DNA of 64,000 nt, taken from NCBI GenBank assembly GCA_002269645.1, contig NIVC01000280.1, positions 434,001 through 498,000 of the forward strand, read 5' to 3'. The first letter of the stretch is position 1; the number at the start of each line of letters is the position of its first letter. Under the pieces are notes generated by a model. The model was not told the origin of the DNA, ran no database searches, and saw only the letters and a program-made list of their open reading frames with translations. The position numbers and the translations under genes are program-made. The DNA is from Macrostomum lignano (taxonomy: Eukaryota). Shown piece after piece: positions 38,832-62,659 of the stretch.

Positions 38832-40135
38832 ATGCAAAGCTACCTGACCCCTGAGCAGCGCCAGTTCTATGCTGACAATGGCTACCTGGTGATTGACAGC
38901 TTCCTCAGTCCTGAGCAGTGCGAGGAGCTCCGTAAAGAGTGCCACCAGCTGACTGCCACGTTCAACCTGGACGAGCACCGGACCATCTTTGACGCCAAGA
39001 ACCGCGACAACGAGGCCGAGCAGAGCTACCGCTCCCAGCAGTACTTCTTCGACAGCTGGAACAAGGTGGCCTTCTTTTTTGAGAAGGACGCCTTCAACGA
39101 CAATGGCGAGCTGACGGCTCCTCGCAACCAGTGCATCAACAAGCTGGGCCACTACCTGCATGTGGAGTGTCCCGGCTTCCGGCGCGTCACCTTTGATCCC
39201 AGGGCTCAGGCTATTAGTAGGGATCTGGGATTCCAGGTGAGTAAATTAGCTATTAGCGAGGATCTGGATTCCACGTGCTTCCATTATACGCTGTTCCTGA
39301 CCCTTGCCTTCTCAAAGCTTCTTCAGACTTATTGTTGTCTGTCCCGACTCTCCGCAGGTGCCCCGCATCTGCCAGAGCATGTACATCTTCAAGCAGCCGC
39401 GCATCGGCGGTTGCGTCGACTCGCATCAGGACGCCACCTTCCTGTGGACGGAGCCGACGGAGCCGCACCTGATTGGCTACTGGATCCCGCTGGAGGACAC
39501 CACGCAGGAGAACGGCTGCCTGTGGTTCGTGCCCGGCTCGCACCGCTCCGGACTGGTGGACGGACGCCGGTTCAAGCGGGAGATCGGCCAGGACGGCCGG
39601 GTTAGCATGACTTTCGTTGGCAGAGATCCCAACGAGATCGTGCCCATTGAGAGATACGTGCCTTGCGAGGTGAGGGTCTTGCGGCACCTGGTAATGTCAC
39701 TAGTCTTTGTGTCGCCTTTGTGGTGCACTTCATAGAACCTCGGTCTTTGTTCCGCCTACTACAACCTCAGTCTTTGTGCTGCCCCTACTTCCTCAGTCTT
39801 TGTACCGCTCCTACATCCCCAGTCTTTGTACCGCCCTACATCCCCAGTCTTTGTACCGCCCTACATCCCCAGTCTTTGTACCGCTCCTACATCCCCAGTC
39901 TTTGTACCGCCCTACATCCCCAGTCTTTGTGCAAAACTCGCAGGTGAAGCGCGGCTCCCTGGTGCTGATTGACGGCTTTGTGCTGCACAGAAGCAACGAG
40001 AACCGCAGCCAGAAGTCAAGAGACTGCTACACCTGGCACGTGATCGACCTGCCCCCCGGCATTAGCTGGTCAGCCGAGAACTGGATGAACCCGCCGGATG
40101 TGAGCAGCGGGTTTGAGCTGCTATGGAAGGAATGA
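38832..40135 (+). CDS. PHYHD1: Phytanoyl-CoA dioxygenase domain-containing protein 1-like, copy 1 (302 aa from internal Met)
   Basis: Exons 38832-39236, 39358-39669 and 39944-40135. Fe(II) ligands HQD and distal H (VLHRS), 2OG-binding N-x-S-x-K-S-R, and family motifs QSMYIFKQPRIGG, FFFEK, INKLGH. Confidence 0.9.
39760..39930. repeat. 25-bp repeat (CAGTCTTTGTACCGCCCTACATCCC) in PHYHD1 intron; related units at about 44790-45110
   Basis: Direct inspection of both paralog introns. Confidence 0.85.
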
Positions 40136-40664
40136 CCATAGACACTGAAGCTTGTGTCACTTTACTTCAGCAGCCAAAGCACTGAAATTTCCGTAACCGA
40201 ATTTTTATTGAAAAAATGTCTGTTTCCGGTATAAGAAATCTATGACATTATTTTGTATGCTCCACTGTAAGAAATCATCACATTAACAGGTAAATTTTAT
40301 GCTTTTTTTATTGAAGGACCCCGGTAGCTTTTTATCCTGAAAATGTTTGAAGTAACAAATTTTTTCTGTTGATGAATTTTTTGACTTGTTCTGAATCTCA
40401 TTTTAACAAAATAAAACTGACATTTAAATTTTAACTTTTTTTCTGCTCTAACTTTATGAATTACTATTTATAAATTCTTGTTTTTAACAGATTTGAATGC
40501 CAAAATTCAAGTCATCCGTATGTCCCACAAACCCAGCTGTCACGTGACCGCTCTTCCACCCAGGACACTTAAAATTTCAAGTTTCTTGTAGCAGCAATAT
40601 GTTCTGAGTTTTTCATTCAAAGATTGACGCAGTCTCAAGTGGCTTCTAAACGACCTGTCGGATC

Positions 40665-42485
40665 GCGCACTGAATGACCTTCGGATCGTGTACTTGAATT
40701 AACTGCCGGATCATGCACTAAATGACCGTGTACTTGAATTAGCTGCCGGATCATGCACTGAATGACCTTCGGATCGTGTACTTGAATTAACTGCCGGATC
40801 ATGCACTGAATGACCGTGTACTTGAATTAGCTGCCGGATCATGCACTGAATGACCTTCGGATCGTGTACTTGAATTAGCTGCCGGATCATGCACTGAATG
40901 ACCGTGTACTTGAATTAGCTACCGGATCATGCACTGAATGACCTTCGGATCGTGTACTTGAATTAGCTGCCGGATCGTGCACTGAATGACCTTCGGATCG
41001 TGTACTTGAATTAACTGCCGGATCATGCACTGAAAGACCTTCGGATCGTGTACTTGAATTAACTGCCGGATCGTGCACTGAATGACCTTCGGATCGTGTA
41101 CTTGAATTAACTCCCGGATCGTGCACTGAATGACCTTCGGATCGTGTACTTGAATTAACTGCCGGATCATGCACTGAATGACCTTCGGATCGTGTACTTG
41201 AATTAACTCCCGGATCATGCACTGAATGACCGTGTACTTGAATTAGCTGCCGGATCATGCACTGAATGACCGTGTACTTGAATTAGCTGCCGGATCATGC
41301 GCTGAATGACCTTCGGATCGTGTACTTGAATTAGCTGCCGGATCATGCACTGAATGACCGTGTACTTGAATTAGCTGCCGGATCATGCACTGAATGAACT
41401 TCGGATCGTGTACTTGAATTAGCTGCCGGATCGTGCACTGAATGACCTTCGGATCGTGTACTTGAATTAGCTGCCGGATCATGCACTGAATGACCTTCGG
41501 ATCGTGTACTTGAATTAACTGCCGGATCATGCACTGAATGACCTTCGGATCGTGTACTTGAATTAACTCCCGGATCATGCACTGAATGACCTTCGGATCG
41601 TGTACTTGAATTAGCTGCCGGATCATGCACTGAATGACCGTGTACTTGAATTAGCTGCCGGATCATGCACTGAATGACCTTCGGATCGTGTACTTGAATT
41701 AGCTGCCGGATCGTGCACTGAATGACCTTCGGATCGTGTACTTGAATTAGCTGCCGGATCATGCACTGAATGACCTTCGGATCGTGTACTTGAATTAACT
41801 CCCGGATCGTGCACTGAATGAACTTCGGATCGTGTACTTGAATTAGCTGCCGGATCATGCACTGAATGACCTTCGGATCGTGTACTTGAATTAGCTGCCG
41901 GATCATGCACTGAATGATCTTCGGATTGTGTACTTGAATTAACTCCCGGATCGCGCACTGAATGACCTTCGGATCGTGTACTTGAATTAGCTGCCGGATC
42001 ATGCACTGAGTGATCTTCGGATCGTGTACTTGAATTAGCTGCCGGATCATGCACTGAGTGATCTTCGGATCGTGTACTTGAATTAACTGCCGGATTATGC
42101 AATGAATGACCTTCGGATCGTGTACTTGAATTAGCTGCCGGATCATGCAATGAATGACCTTCGGATCGTGTACTTGAATTAACTGCCGGATCGCGCACTG
42201 AGTGATCTTCGGATCGTGTACTTGAATTAACTGCCGGATCATGCACTGAATGATCTTCGGATTGTGTACTTGAATTAACTCCCGGATCGCGCACTGAATG
42301 ACCTTCGGATCGTGTACTTGAATTAACTGCCGAATCATGCACTGAATGAACTTCGGATCGTGTACTTGAATTAGCTGCCGGATCATGCACTGAGTGATCT
42401 TCGGATCGTGTACTTGAATTAACTGCCGGATCGCGCACTGAATGACCTTCGGATCGTGTACTTGAATTAACTGCCGAATCATGCG
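40665..42485. repeat. 48-bp minisatellite with a 40-bp deletion variant, between the two PHYHD1 copies
   Basis: Unit GTGTACTTGAATTAGCTGCCGGATCATGCACTGAATGACC(TTCGGATC); 16-aa periodic ORFs. Confidence 0.96.
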
Positions 42486-42880
42486 CAGAACGATCCGACG
42501 TACGCCTGTAATATCCGTTAGATGACCCTCCGGAGGTTTTGTCGGAAGATCCATAGAAAGGCCCGTCTAAAGACGCACAGAATGAGGCCTCGAGAGACAG
42601 TGATTCAGCTGCCTGAGTTGATGTTGGATAGGCGTGCCACGATAAAATATAAAGCAACACTTGCTACGAGTACAAATCTGTTTTTTTAGTTTTCGCCGAC
42701 ACTGAGCCCAGATTTGCACAGGACGCTCACTTTGAGGAGGTCACTTTCACTTGTCACACGTCACAACGGTCACAGTACAGTTTAGATTTTTAGGGTCATA
42801 TCGAGGGTCACATTGTACAGTTACACAGAGGTCACTGTTCTTACCTAACAGTCCCGTAGCGGGCCGGACCTGATCCCACC

Positions 42881-45310
42881 ATGCCCGTCAAGGTAACAGT
42901 GACACTCAATTTTAAACAGGTGTACAGATTTTCTGTCTGTATAAAGTTGGAAGAGGCACATAAATTCGTGTTCTTTCCAGCGCGCAATGCAAAGCTACCT
43001 GACCCCTGAGCAGCGCCAGTTCTATGCTGACAATGGCTACCTGGTGATTGACAGCTTCCTCAGTCCTGAGCAGTGCGAAGAGCTCCGTAAAGAGTGCCAC
43101 CAGCTGACTGCCACGTTCAACCTGGACGAGCACCGGACCATCTTTGACGCCAAGAACCGCGACAACGAGGCCGAGCAGAGCTACCGCTCCCAGCAGTACT
43201 TCTTCGACAGCTGGAACAAGGTGGCCTTCTTCTTTGAGAAGGACGCCTTCAACGACAAGGGCGAGCTGACGGCTCCTCGCAACCAGTGCATCAACAAGCT
43301 GGGCCACTACCTGCATGTGGAGTGTCCCGGCTTCCGGCGCGTCACCTTTGATCCCAGGGCTCAGGCTATTAGTAGGGATCTCGGATTCCAGGTGAGTCCT
43401 GTGAATACTCTGTGTTTTGTGCTTTTTTCGGACAGTTGGCAAGCAGCCAAAGAAGAGGCTGGTCAGTAATTATGCCCATCCCGCTGACCCCTAAACATGC
43501 ACGAGGCACGCACACAGGGTGTAAATCTTGACGGGCATTTTCATCATCAGGCGTGTTGACTTACTTGACTTAGCTGCAGGGTGGTCCGTAGACACAGCGG
43601 GGAGGCGAGGGTCGCCCATTCCGCCAGCCCCTGAAGGCCCGCAGACAGGCAGATGCGTGGGGCCGGTCAGGGTGGTCCGCCGGTTCGTTCTGCAGCGGGA
43701 TCTTCCGTGGGGAAGAAAGTGGCTCGTCTTGTCGCCCGAAGGAACTGGATGAGCCGTGGGATGCTGTCGGGCTGGCAGACCTCGTCAATGGACGGGTTTG
43801 GCCCGAGGTAGCTCGTAGCTTTAGCCGGTTTCTGGTAAAGAAAGGGCAGAGACAAACAAAGTGCTGAGCGTCTTCATTGTCGTACTCGCAAAAAGGGCAA
43901 AGTTAACTCTCGAGGTAGCCTCGGAAGAAGCAGTGCCTGGCGAGGTAGCCATGTTCAACCTGGTAATGTTAAAGCGTCAGACCAGAAATCCAAGTTATTG
44001 TCATCTTGCCGCGCATTCGAACCCTGAAACTCTCACGCTGATCTTGCGCGTACTCGAGACATCTTAGTAAACTAGTAAACGTCGGAATAAGCGAAATTTG
44101 CGGAATCTTCTTGTTGCAGATTGCAGATCTTGAATAATTTGACCATGTCTACTGATAAACATCAGGACGATTGTCGTCATTTGACGAAACGGTTGCCTAC
44201 GTGACGGCACTGGATGATTTGCGATTGAGCGAGAATACTGACTGTGTTCCTCAGTCGAAAACCACTGCCAGCCATAAGACTTTCCCTGAGCCGTGTTGTT
44301 TCGGAATGCATAGTCCGGCTTCTGCTTTGCTAGCTTCTGTTTGTCCTTCTCTATTGATGCCAGCTTTTTTCTTGCCTTCTCAAAGCTTCTTCAGACATAT
44401 TGTTGTCTGTCCCGACTCTCCGCAGGTGCCCCGCATCTGCCAGAGCATGTACATCTTCAAGCAGCCGCGCATCGGCGGTTGCGTCGACTCGCATCAGGAC
44501 GCCACCTTCCTGTGGACGGAGCCGACGGAGCCGCACCTGATTGGCTACTGGATCCCGCTGGAGGACACCACGCAGGAGAACGGCTGCCTGTGGTTCGTGC
44601 CCGGCTCGCACCGCTCCGGACTGGTGGACGGACGCCGGTTCAAGCGGGAGATCGGCCAGGACGGCCGGGTTAGCATGACTTTCGTTGGCAGAGATCCCAA
44701 CGAGATCGTGCCCATTGAGAGATACGTGCCTTGCGAGGTGAGGGTCTTGCGGCACCTGGTAATGTCACTAGTCTTTGTGTCGCCTTTGTGGTGCACTTCA
44801 TAGAACCTCGGTCTTTGTTCCGCCACTACTATCCTCAGTCATTGTAATGCCCTCTCATCCTGAGTCTTTGTGGCGCCTTTGTGGTGCAATTCAGAGAACC
44901 TCGGTCTTTGTTCCGCCACCACATCCTGAGTCTTTGTGCCGCCCTACATCCTGAGTCTTTGTACCGCCCCTATATCCTCAGTCTTTGTGTCGCCTTTGTG
45001 GTGCACTTCGTAGAACCTCGGTCTTTGTTCCCCCACTACATCCCCAGTCTTTGTGCCGCCCCTACATCCTCAGTCTTTGTACCGCCCTACATCCGCAGTA
45101 TTTGTGCCAAACTCGCAGGTGAAGCGCGGCTCCCTGGTGCTGATTGACGGCTTCGTGCTGCATATGAGCAAGGAGAACCGCAGCCAGAAGTCCAGGGACA
45201 GTTACACCTGGCACGTGATCGACCTGCGCCCTGGCACCAGCTGGTCATCTGAAAACTGGATGAACCCGCCGGATGTGAGCAGCGGGTTTGAGCTGCTGAG
45301 GAAGGATTAA
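42881..45310 (+). CDS. PHYHD1: PHYHD1-like, copy 2 (4 exons, 308 aa)
   Basis: Exons 42881-42892 (CCACCATG, MPVK), 42981-43391, 44426-44737 and 45119-45310. Same HQD...H triad and KSR motif as copy 1. Confidence 0.9.
43560..44000 (-). mobile_element. 3' remnant of a non-LTR retrotransposon ORF2, antisense in a PHYHD1 copy 2 intron
   Basis: Minus-strand frame reads HGYLARH..G..S*LCPFCEYDNEDAQHFVCLCPFFTRNR (C-x2-C-x8-H-x4-C knuckle typical of LINE ORF2 C-termini) with an in-frame stop. It is absent from the matching 121-bp intron of copy 1. Confidence 0.6.
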
Positions 45311-45721
45311 TGAAAAATTGCAATCTTTTGACCAGATTCTGACAGCTTCCATTAAGCTAAACAACTATTTTTTTGGACAAGTCAAATTACAGTGCTCTAA
45401 CGGCAGTAGCATGAATTGAATTTATTCATATTTTAAATTTCAATTTTATTCGTTCATTATATATTTATCATGGTAGTTTTATCGCGAAAAGTCTAGCCAA
45501 AATGCCAAAGGAGTTGTGCAATTTTTATATCCATTAGCTTCCTTTTTTTTCTAGAGTTGATCTTTGAGTTTGGAGTTGTCTTTGATTCACTGCGTTTATC
45601 ATTGAATATCTTCTGCTTTGGTATTTTTATATTATCAAAATATACTGATTTTTTTTAATTCATTGATTGATTCATTACGAACTTTTGATTATCAATTTTC
45701 AGATAATTATTTGTTGACTGA

Positions 45722-46882
45722 ATGACTTTCGAAAAATTGCTTTGCTACTACTGTATACTACTTGCAGTAAGCAGTCATGCACTGGAACTTTTAAGATGGG
45801 AATTTCATAAAAGCCTTGGCTGTCTCGGTGTCCCATCACGGAATCCCTCAATTCCTCATCACAGAATCCCTCAGTTCCTCATCACATTATATGTCACCTC
45901 ATCACAGAGTCCCTTTGTTCCTTGGTCACAGAATCATTCAGTTCCTCATTACAGAATCCCTCAGCTCCTCATCACAGAATCCCTCAGTTCCTCATCACAG
46001 AATCCCTCAGTTCCTCATCACAGAATTCCTCAGCTCATCATCACAGAATCCCTCAGTTCCTCATCACATAATCCCTCTGCGCCGCACCCGACTGCCCCGC
46101 AGTCTGGTCCTCTGTTCCTCGACGAGGCGCTGCTGCAGCGGCTGGCCAGAGCCGAGGAGCTACGCGCCGTGCTGCTGTCTGCCTGCTGTCCGGTGATGTC
46201 CGGCGATGTCGCCATGCCGTCTGTTCAGCGACTTTTGTCCGCCACCATCCAGGCCTGCGCGGTGCAGCTGCCCGCCCAGATGGTGCGCCGTGAGGACGGC
46301 CTGGCCGGCTCGGTAACGCAAACCGTCAATCTCGAATCGGGTCACCAAATCGACGGCGTTGTCGTCCTGTGCGACTGCGACAGCGGTCGCGTCCTGACGG
46401 TGGCCCCGCTGCCGCCGCTGCTGCGGCAGTTCGAGGCTGCCTGTCTTGACGGCCTCATGCGCCGATTCGCGAAGACTTCGCCATTCCGAGTGGCCTCTTT
46501 TGGCGGCTACGTCGTCCACAACAGCGAAGGACAGTTAAGCGTCGAGCTCAGCGACAACCTAGCCAGTGCGGATGTCGCCGTCTGCCGGGGTGTTGAAGCC
46601 ATTCGTCAAGCCCTGTCGGCTCCGGGCTCCGACCATCCTCGCTGCTGGATGGTCTTCCTGGCGGATTCGGAGCAGCGGTCTGCCGTCGCCGACCTCCCAG
46701 CCTTGTCCAAGGCAGCTGTGGTTAAAGCTGCAAGTCTGTTCCATGACGCTGACGGCGAGTTGTTCGATGGCCCAGTGGTGGCTGTGATTGAACCGCCCAG
46801 CGCCTCGGTGTGTCTGGCGCTGTGCAAGTACGCAATGGAGAAGTTCCTGTCTACGGAGGGCCGTTCAGTCCGCAGTGATTAA
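45722..46882 (+). CDS. Hypothetical protein, probably 2 exons (45722-45766 + 46103-46882), about 274 aa, possible signal peptide
   Basis: 780-nt GC3-rich open exon after acceptor CCCCGCAG. An upstream in-phase exon MTFEKLLCYYCILLA with a GTAAGC donor fits. The intron holds a minisatellite (about 45830-46070). No family recognised. Confidence 0.6.
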   Translation: MTFEKLLCYYCILLAVSSHALELLRWEFHKSLGCLGVPSRNPSIPHHRIPQFLITLYVTSSQSPFVPWSQNHSVPHYRIPQLLITESLSSSSQNPSVPHHRIPQLIITESLSSSSHNPSAPHPTAPQSGPLFLDEALLQRLARAEELRAVLLSACCPVMSGDVAMPSVQRLLSATIQACAVQLPAQMVRREDGLAGSVTQTVNLESGHQIDGVVVLCDCDSGRVLTVAPLPPLLRQFEAACLDGLMRRFAKTSPFRVASFGGYVVHNSEGQLSVELSDNLASADVAVCRGVEAIRQALSAPGSDHPRCWMVFLADSEQRSAVADLPALSKAAVVKAASLFHDADGELFDGPVVAVIEPPSASVCLALCKYAMEKFLSTEGRSVRSD

Positions 46883-47696
46883 TGAGAGACAGACAATGTG
46901 AGACTTAAGTGGGACCGGAAACTTGGCTCTATCTATGGAACTATATCGCAGAGGTCCTTGATAATTTACACAAACATTTTAGAATAAAAACTTACATTTT
47001 TTGCCGGTAGATTCTGCAATAAAGCTGGTACCTCATCGGATTGTCTAACTATTGTGACAGGCCTGTTTAAGTGCAGGCCGCAATGGGACGTATTGTCGAA
47101 CAGCTATTGAATTCAGTTGACATCGAGAAAAAATAAAGTGTCTCGTCAAGCTTGGCTAGAAAAGACTTGAAAATTCGTACGCTAGATCGTTGCCCCATTC
47201 TTCCATTAGCAGTGAACCCAGTCCATCTGCAGCGGATTCTCTGATAGATAACGCCCACAAAAGTGTCCATGACGAACATTTTAAATTGCTCTCAATGCCA
47301 CGCGCGGCTGTCGAGCATGCAGTAGCCTAAAGCTAGAGCATCTTATCAGACACCACTTCGAGTTCGCTCTCCATGCGGCGCAGTTGGTCACAAGCAGCGA
47401 CAGATTTCAATCCAAAATCTGTCGCGTAATTTTTGATAAGAATTGCGCGTGGAAGCCGCGCTACTTGAGGCTTGTTTATTTCACCTGTTTACACCGGTAG
47501 CCAATGGCAACCAGATTGTTAGCTATGCGCGCAGTTTGCCAACCAAAGGCGCATGCGAGAGAAACGGGGCAAGTAGATAAGGTGTAGCTGTGGCGATTCG
47601 GTGGGCATATTTATTAAGCTTCTCCGTGTGCATCGAGCGGCTGTGTTGAGCTCCGCCTGAGCAGCACCGCTACCTGAACTCTATCAATCAATCCCA

Positions 47697-59196
<11,500 letters not shown>

Positions 59197-59374
59197 CCTT
59201 CCTGCTTAGCTACCGCGGTCTCGTTTGACGAAAAACTTCTACTTCCAACCTGATTTGTTATATCGATCACGAGAGACAATAAAACTGACTCATTTTATGC
59301 TGATTGGGCTGAACATTCTTTGACTTAAAGAGTTTGAGAATGAGATTTAAGGCTAAGAAGGAGATGTGAAACTA

Positions 59375-59615
59375 ATAATGAGATTTTAGACTAAAAAAGA
59401 GATTTGAGACTTTGAGAATGAGATTTGAGACTTTGAGAATGAGATTTGAGACTTTGAGAATGAGATTTGAGACTTTGAGAATGAGATTTGAGACTTTGAG
59501 AATGAGATTTGAGACTTTGAGAATAAGATTCGAGGCTAAGAATGAGATTTGAGGCTAATAAAGAGATTTTAAACTAAAAATGAGATTTGAGACTTTGAGA
59601 ATAAGATTCGAGACA
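59375..59615. repeat. 21-bp repeat (GAGATTTGAGACTTTGAGAAT)
   Basis: Downstream of the ACE AATAAA signal; degenerate edges. Confidence 0.88.
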
Positions 59616-60081
59616 AGGTCAAATATTTCATATATTTTTGTTATAATTTCACAATCAAAAGTGCATTGCAGCTTTCGAACAGCAGAGTTGAAGCAGCTGG
59701 CAGCAAGTAGAAGCAGAAATCATTCGCCGTGGCCCCGGGCCGGGGGGGGGGCTCCCAGGATGAATGATTTGTTCAGCTTCCTGCTCCATTCCTCATCTCT
59801 CAGATTTCGCCGCCCCTCCTGCGCGGCGGCGCTTTCCCAGCGGATTAGCGGTGGGGTGGGGAGGATGAGAGGCCGCGCTCCCGAATCCCCGTCCAGCCAC
59901 CCTTGACTCAAACAGACTTCAGCTAGGATTGAAGTCGAGGATTGAGAAATGGGATTTGAGCTCAAAACCGCGGGGGGTTCTGCTCAAGTGTTTATGGAAA
60001 ATTAACTGTAGTTCTCGCGCAGGCTCATCGTCCAATGCATGAGAAAGGGACGTGACTGACAATGAGGCTTTGAAAGGATTC

Positions 60082-61590
60082 TCGACTGACTCTCTGGATC
60101 CGGTCAGCTCAAGGACATCCTAGACCCTCGACTGACTCTCTGGATCCGGTCAGCTCAAGGACATCCTAGACCCTCGACTGACTCTCTGGATCCGGTCAGC
60201 TCAAGGACATCCTAGACCCTCGACTGACTCTCTGGATCCGGTCAGCTCAAGGACATCCTAGACCCTCGACTGACTTTCTGGATCCGGTCAGCTCAAGGAC
60301 ATCCTAGACCCTCGACTGACTCTCTGATTTCGGTCAGCTCAAGGACATCCTAGACCCTCGACTGACTCTCTGGATCCGGTCAGCTCAAGGACATCCTAGA
60401 CCCTCGACTGACTCTCTGATTTCGGTCAGCTCAAGGACATCCTAGACCCTCGACTGACTCTCTGGATCCGGTCAGCTCAAGGACATCCTAGACCCTCGAC
60501 TGACTCTCTGGATCCGGTCAGCTCAAGGACATCCTAGACCCTCGACTGACTCTCTGGATCCGGTCAGCTCAAGGCCATCCTAGACCCTCGACTGACTCTC
60601 TGGATCCGGTCAGCTCAAGGACATCCTAGACCCTCGACTGACTCTCTGATTTCGGTCAGCTCAAGGACATCCTAGACCCTCGACTGACTCTCTGGATCCG
60701 GTCAGCTCAAGGACATCCTAGACCCTCGACTGACTTTCTGGATCCGGTCAGCTCAAGGACATCCTAGACCCTCGACTGACTCTCTGGATCCGGTCAGCTC
60801 AAGGACATCCTAGACCCTCGACTGACTTTCTGGATCCGGTCAGCTCAAGGACATCCTAGACCCTCGACTGACTCTCTGGATCCGGTCAGCTCAAGGACAT
60901 CCTAGACCCTCGACTGACTCTCTGATTTCGGTCAGCTCAAGGACATCCTAGACCCTCGACTGACTCTCTGGATCCGGTCAGCTCAAGGACATCCTAGACC
61001 CTCGACTGACTTTCTGGATCCGGTCAGCTCAAGGACATCCTAGACCCTCGACTGACTCTCTGGATCCGGTCAGCTCAAGGACATCCTAGACCCTCGACTG
61101 ACTTTCTGGATCCGGTCAGCTCAAGGACATCCTAGACCCTCGACTGACTCTCTGGATCCGGTCAGCTCAAGGACATCCTAGACCCTCGACTGACTCTCTG
61201 ATTTCGGTCAGCTCAAGGACATCCTAGACCCTCGACTGACTCTCTGGATCCGGTCAGCTCAAGGACATCCTAGACCCTCGACTGACTTTCTGGATCCGGT
61301 CAGCTCAAGGACATCCTAGACCCTCGACTGACTCTCTGGATCCGGTCAGCTCAAGGACATCCTAGACCCTCGACTGACTTTCTGGATCCGGTCAGCTCAA
61401 GGACATCCTAGACCCTCGACTGACTCTCTGGATCCGGTCAGCTCAAGGACATCCTAGACCCTCGACTGACTCTCTGATTTCGGTCAGCTCAAGGACATCC
61501 TAGACCCTCGACTGACTCTCTGGATCCGGTCAGCTCAAGGACATCCTAGACCCTCGACTGACTCTCTGATTTCGGTCAGCTCAAGGACAC
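60082..61590. repeat. 46-bp satellite with higher-order structure
   Basis: Unit CTCGACTGACTCTCTGGATCCGGTCAGCTCAAGGACATCCTAGACC; about 33 copies in three variants. Confidence 0.97.
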
Positions 61591-62659
61591 ACAAGACCCT
61601 CGACTCTCAAGGACATCTTCAAAGTATATATTCAAATATATTCAAAATAAACTTCAAATATTTCTATATTTTTGAGATATCGGTTAGCCTCATATCAATA
61701 ATTTACAATAATTTTATCAACAAATAAAAGCACGCAAACAGTTTATATAAAATATACAGGAGGTCTGTAAGCACACTAAACGCAAACCCTTAACTCTACA
61801 ATATCTTTGTAGTTGTAGTTGTTGCAAGCGTAGAATAACTTTGATGTTTGATAGTTTGTTCAGCCAGACATGCAGTCCTGACTGGATGTACTTTATCAGC
61901 GCATTGGAATTCAGCCGGGAAAACGCATCCAGTCAGTAATCCGCTAAGCTGTAGTTTTCCCTTTTTGCGTTTTTTCTGGAGAAACTTATCTGGGGTTGCT
62001 TGAAAAGACAGGATTGCTAGCGAGAGGGTTGGACTGACTGTTGGGGTAATTTCATTAAATCCCTCCTGAGCTGGCTGTGTTTGGCCAAATGCAAGCTAGA
62101 AGTGCAGCTCCAGTCTGGTGGAGAGAATTCTTGATTATTGTGTTCACCCCTGAGAATTGGCGAATTTTTGCTGTGTGCGAGAAAAGTCGAGCCGAAAAAT
62201 TTTTTGAATTATCGACGATGCAAGTTTGCCTTTATTTTGCTCAATTTAATTATACATGAAATTTTCCACACAACAGACAATCTGCAGAGGCGTTGGTGGG
62301 CGTTCGCTGCCAAGAACTCGGTGGTCAAGGACTGCTAGAATAACGCTTGAATTCCCATGTTGACATTTTTCGATAAAGGCAAAGTTGTTAATAATATTCT
62401 AGTGGTCCTTGAACCGTGCGCATCAGGTTAGGTTACACCATATAGTATCTTACAACATTGCAATTGTAATATAATATTTGTGAAAATTGTAATACTCATT
62501 ACACAATACAAGGACCACTAGGACACAATAGTGCATAGATGCATAGATCTACTAGACATTCTTCACAAAATATTGTAACTGATATTAAAATATTTACATT
62601 GTATACATTGGCCTTTATTTGCTGGATCGCTCAATGGCCCCTATGTAAACTCTCGATTT

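Noticed and set aside
40887-42660. 345-403 aa repetitive ORFs on the minus strand
   Set aside because: Artefacts of the 48-bp minisatellite; no splice or codon-bias support.
60082-61590. CRISPR-like array (46-bp unit)
   Set aside because: No spacers; a plain satellite.
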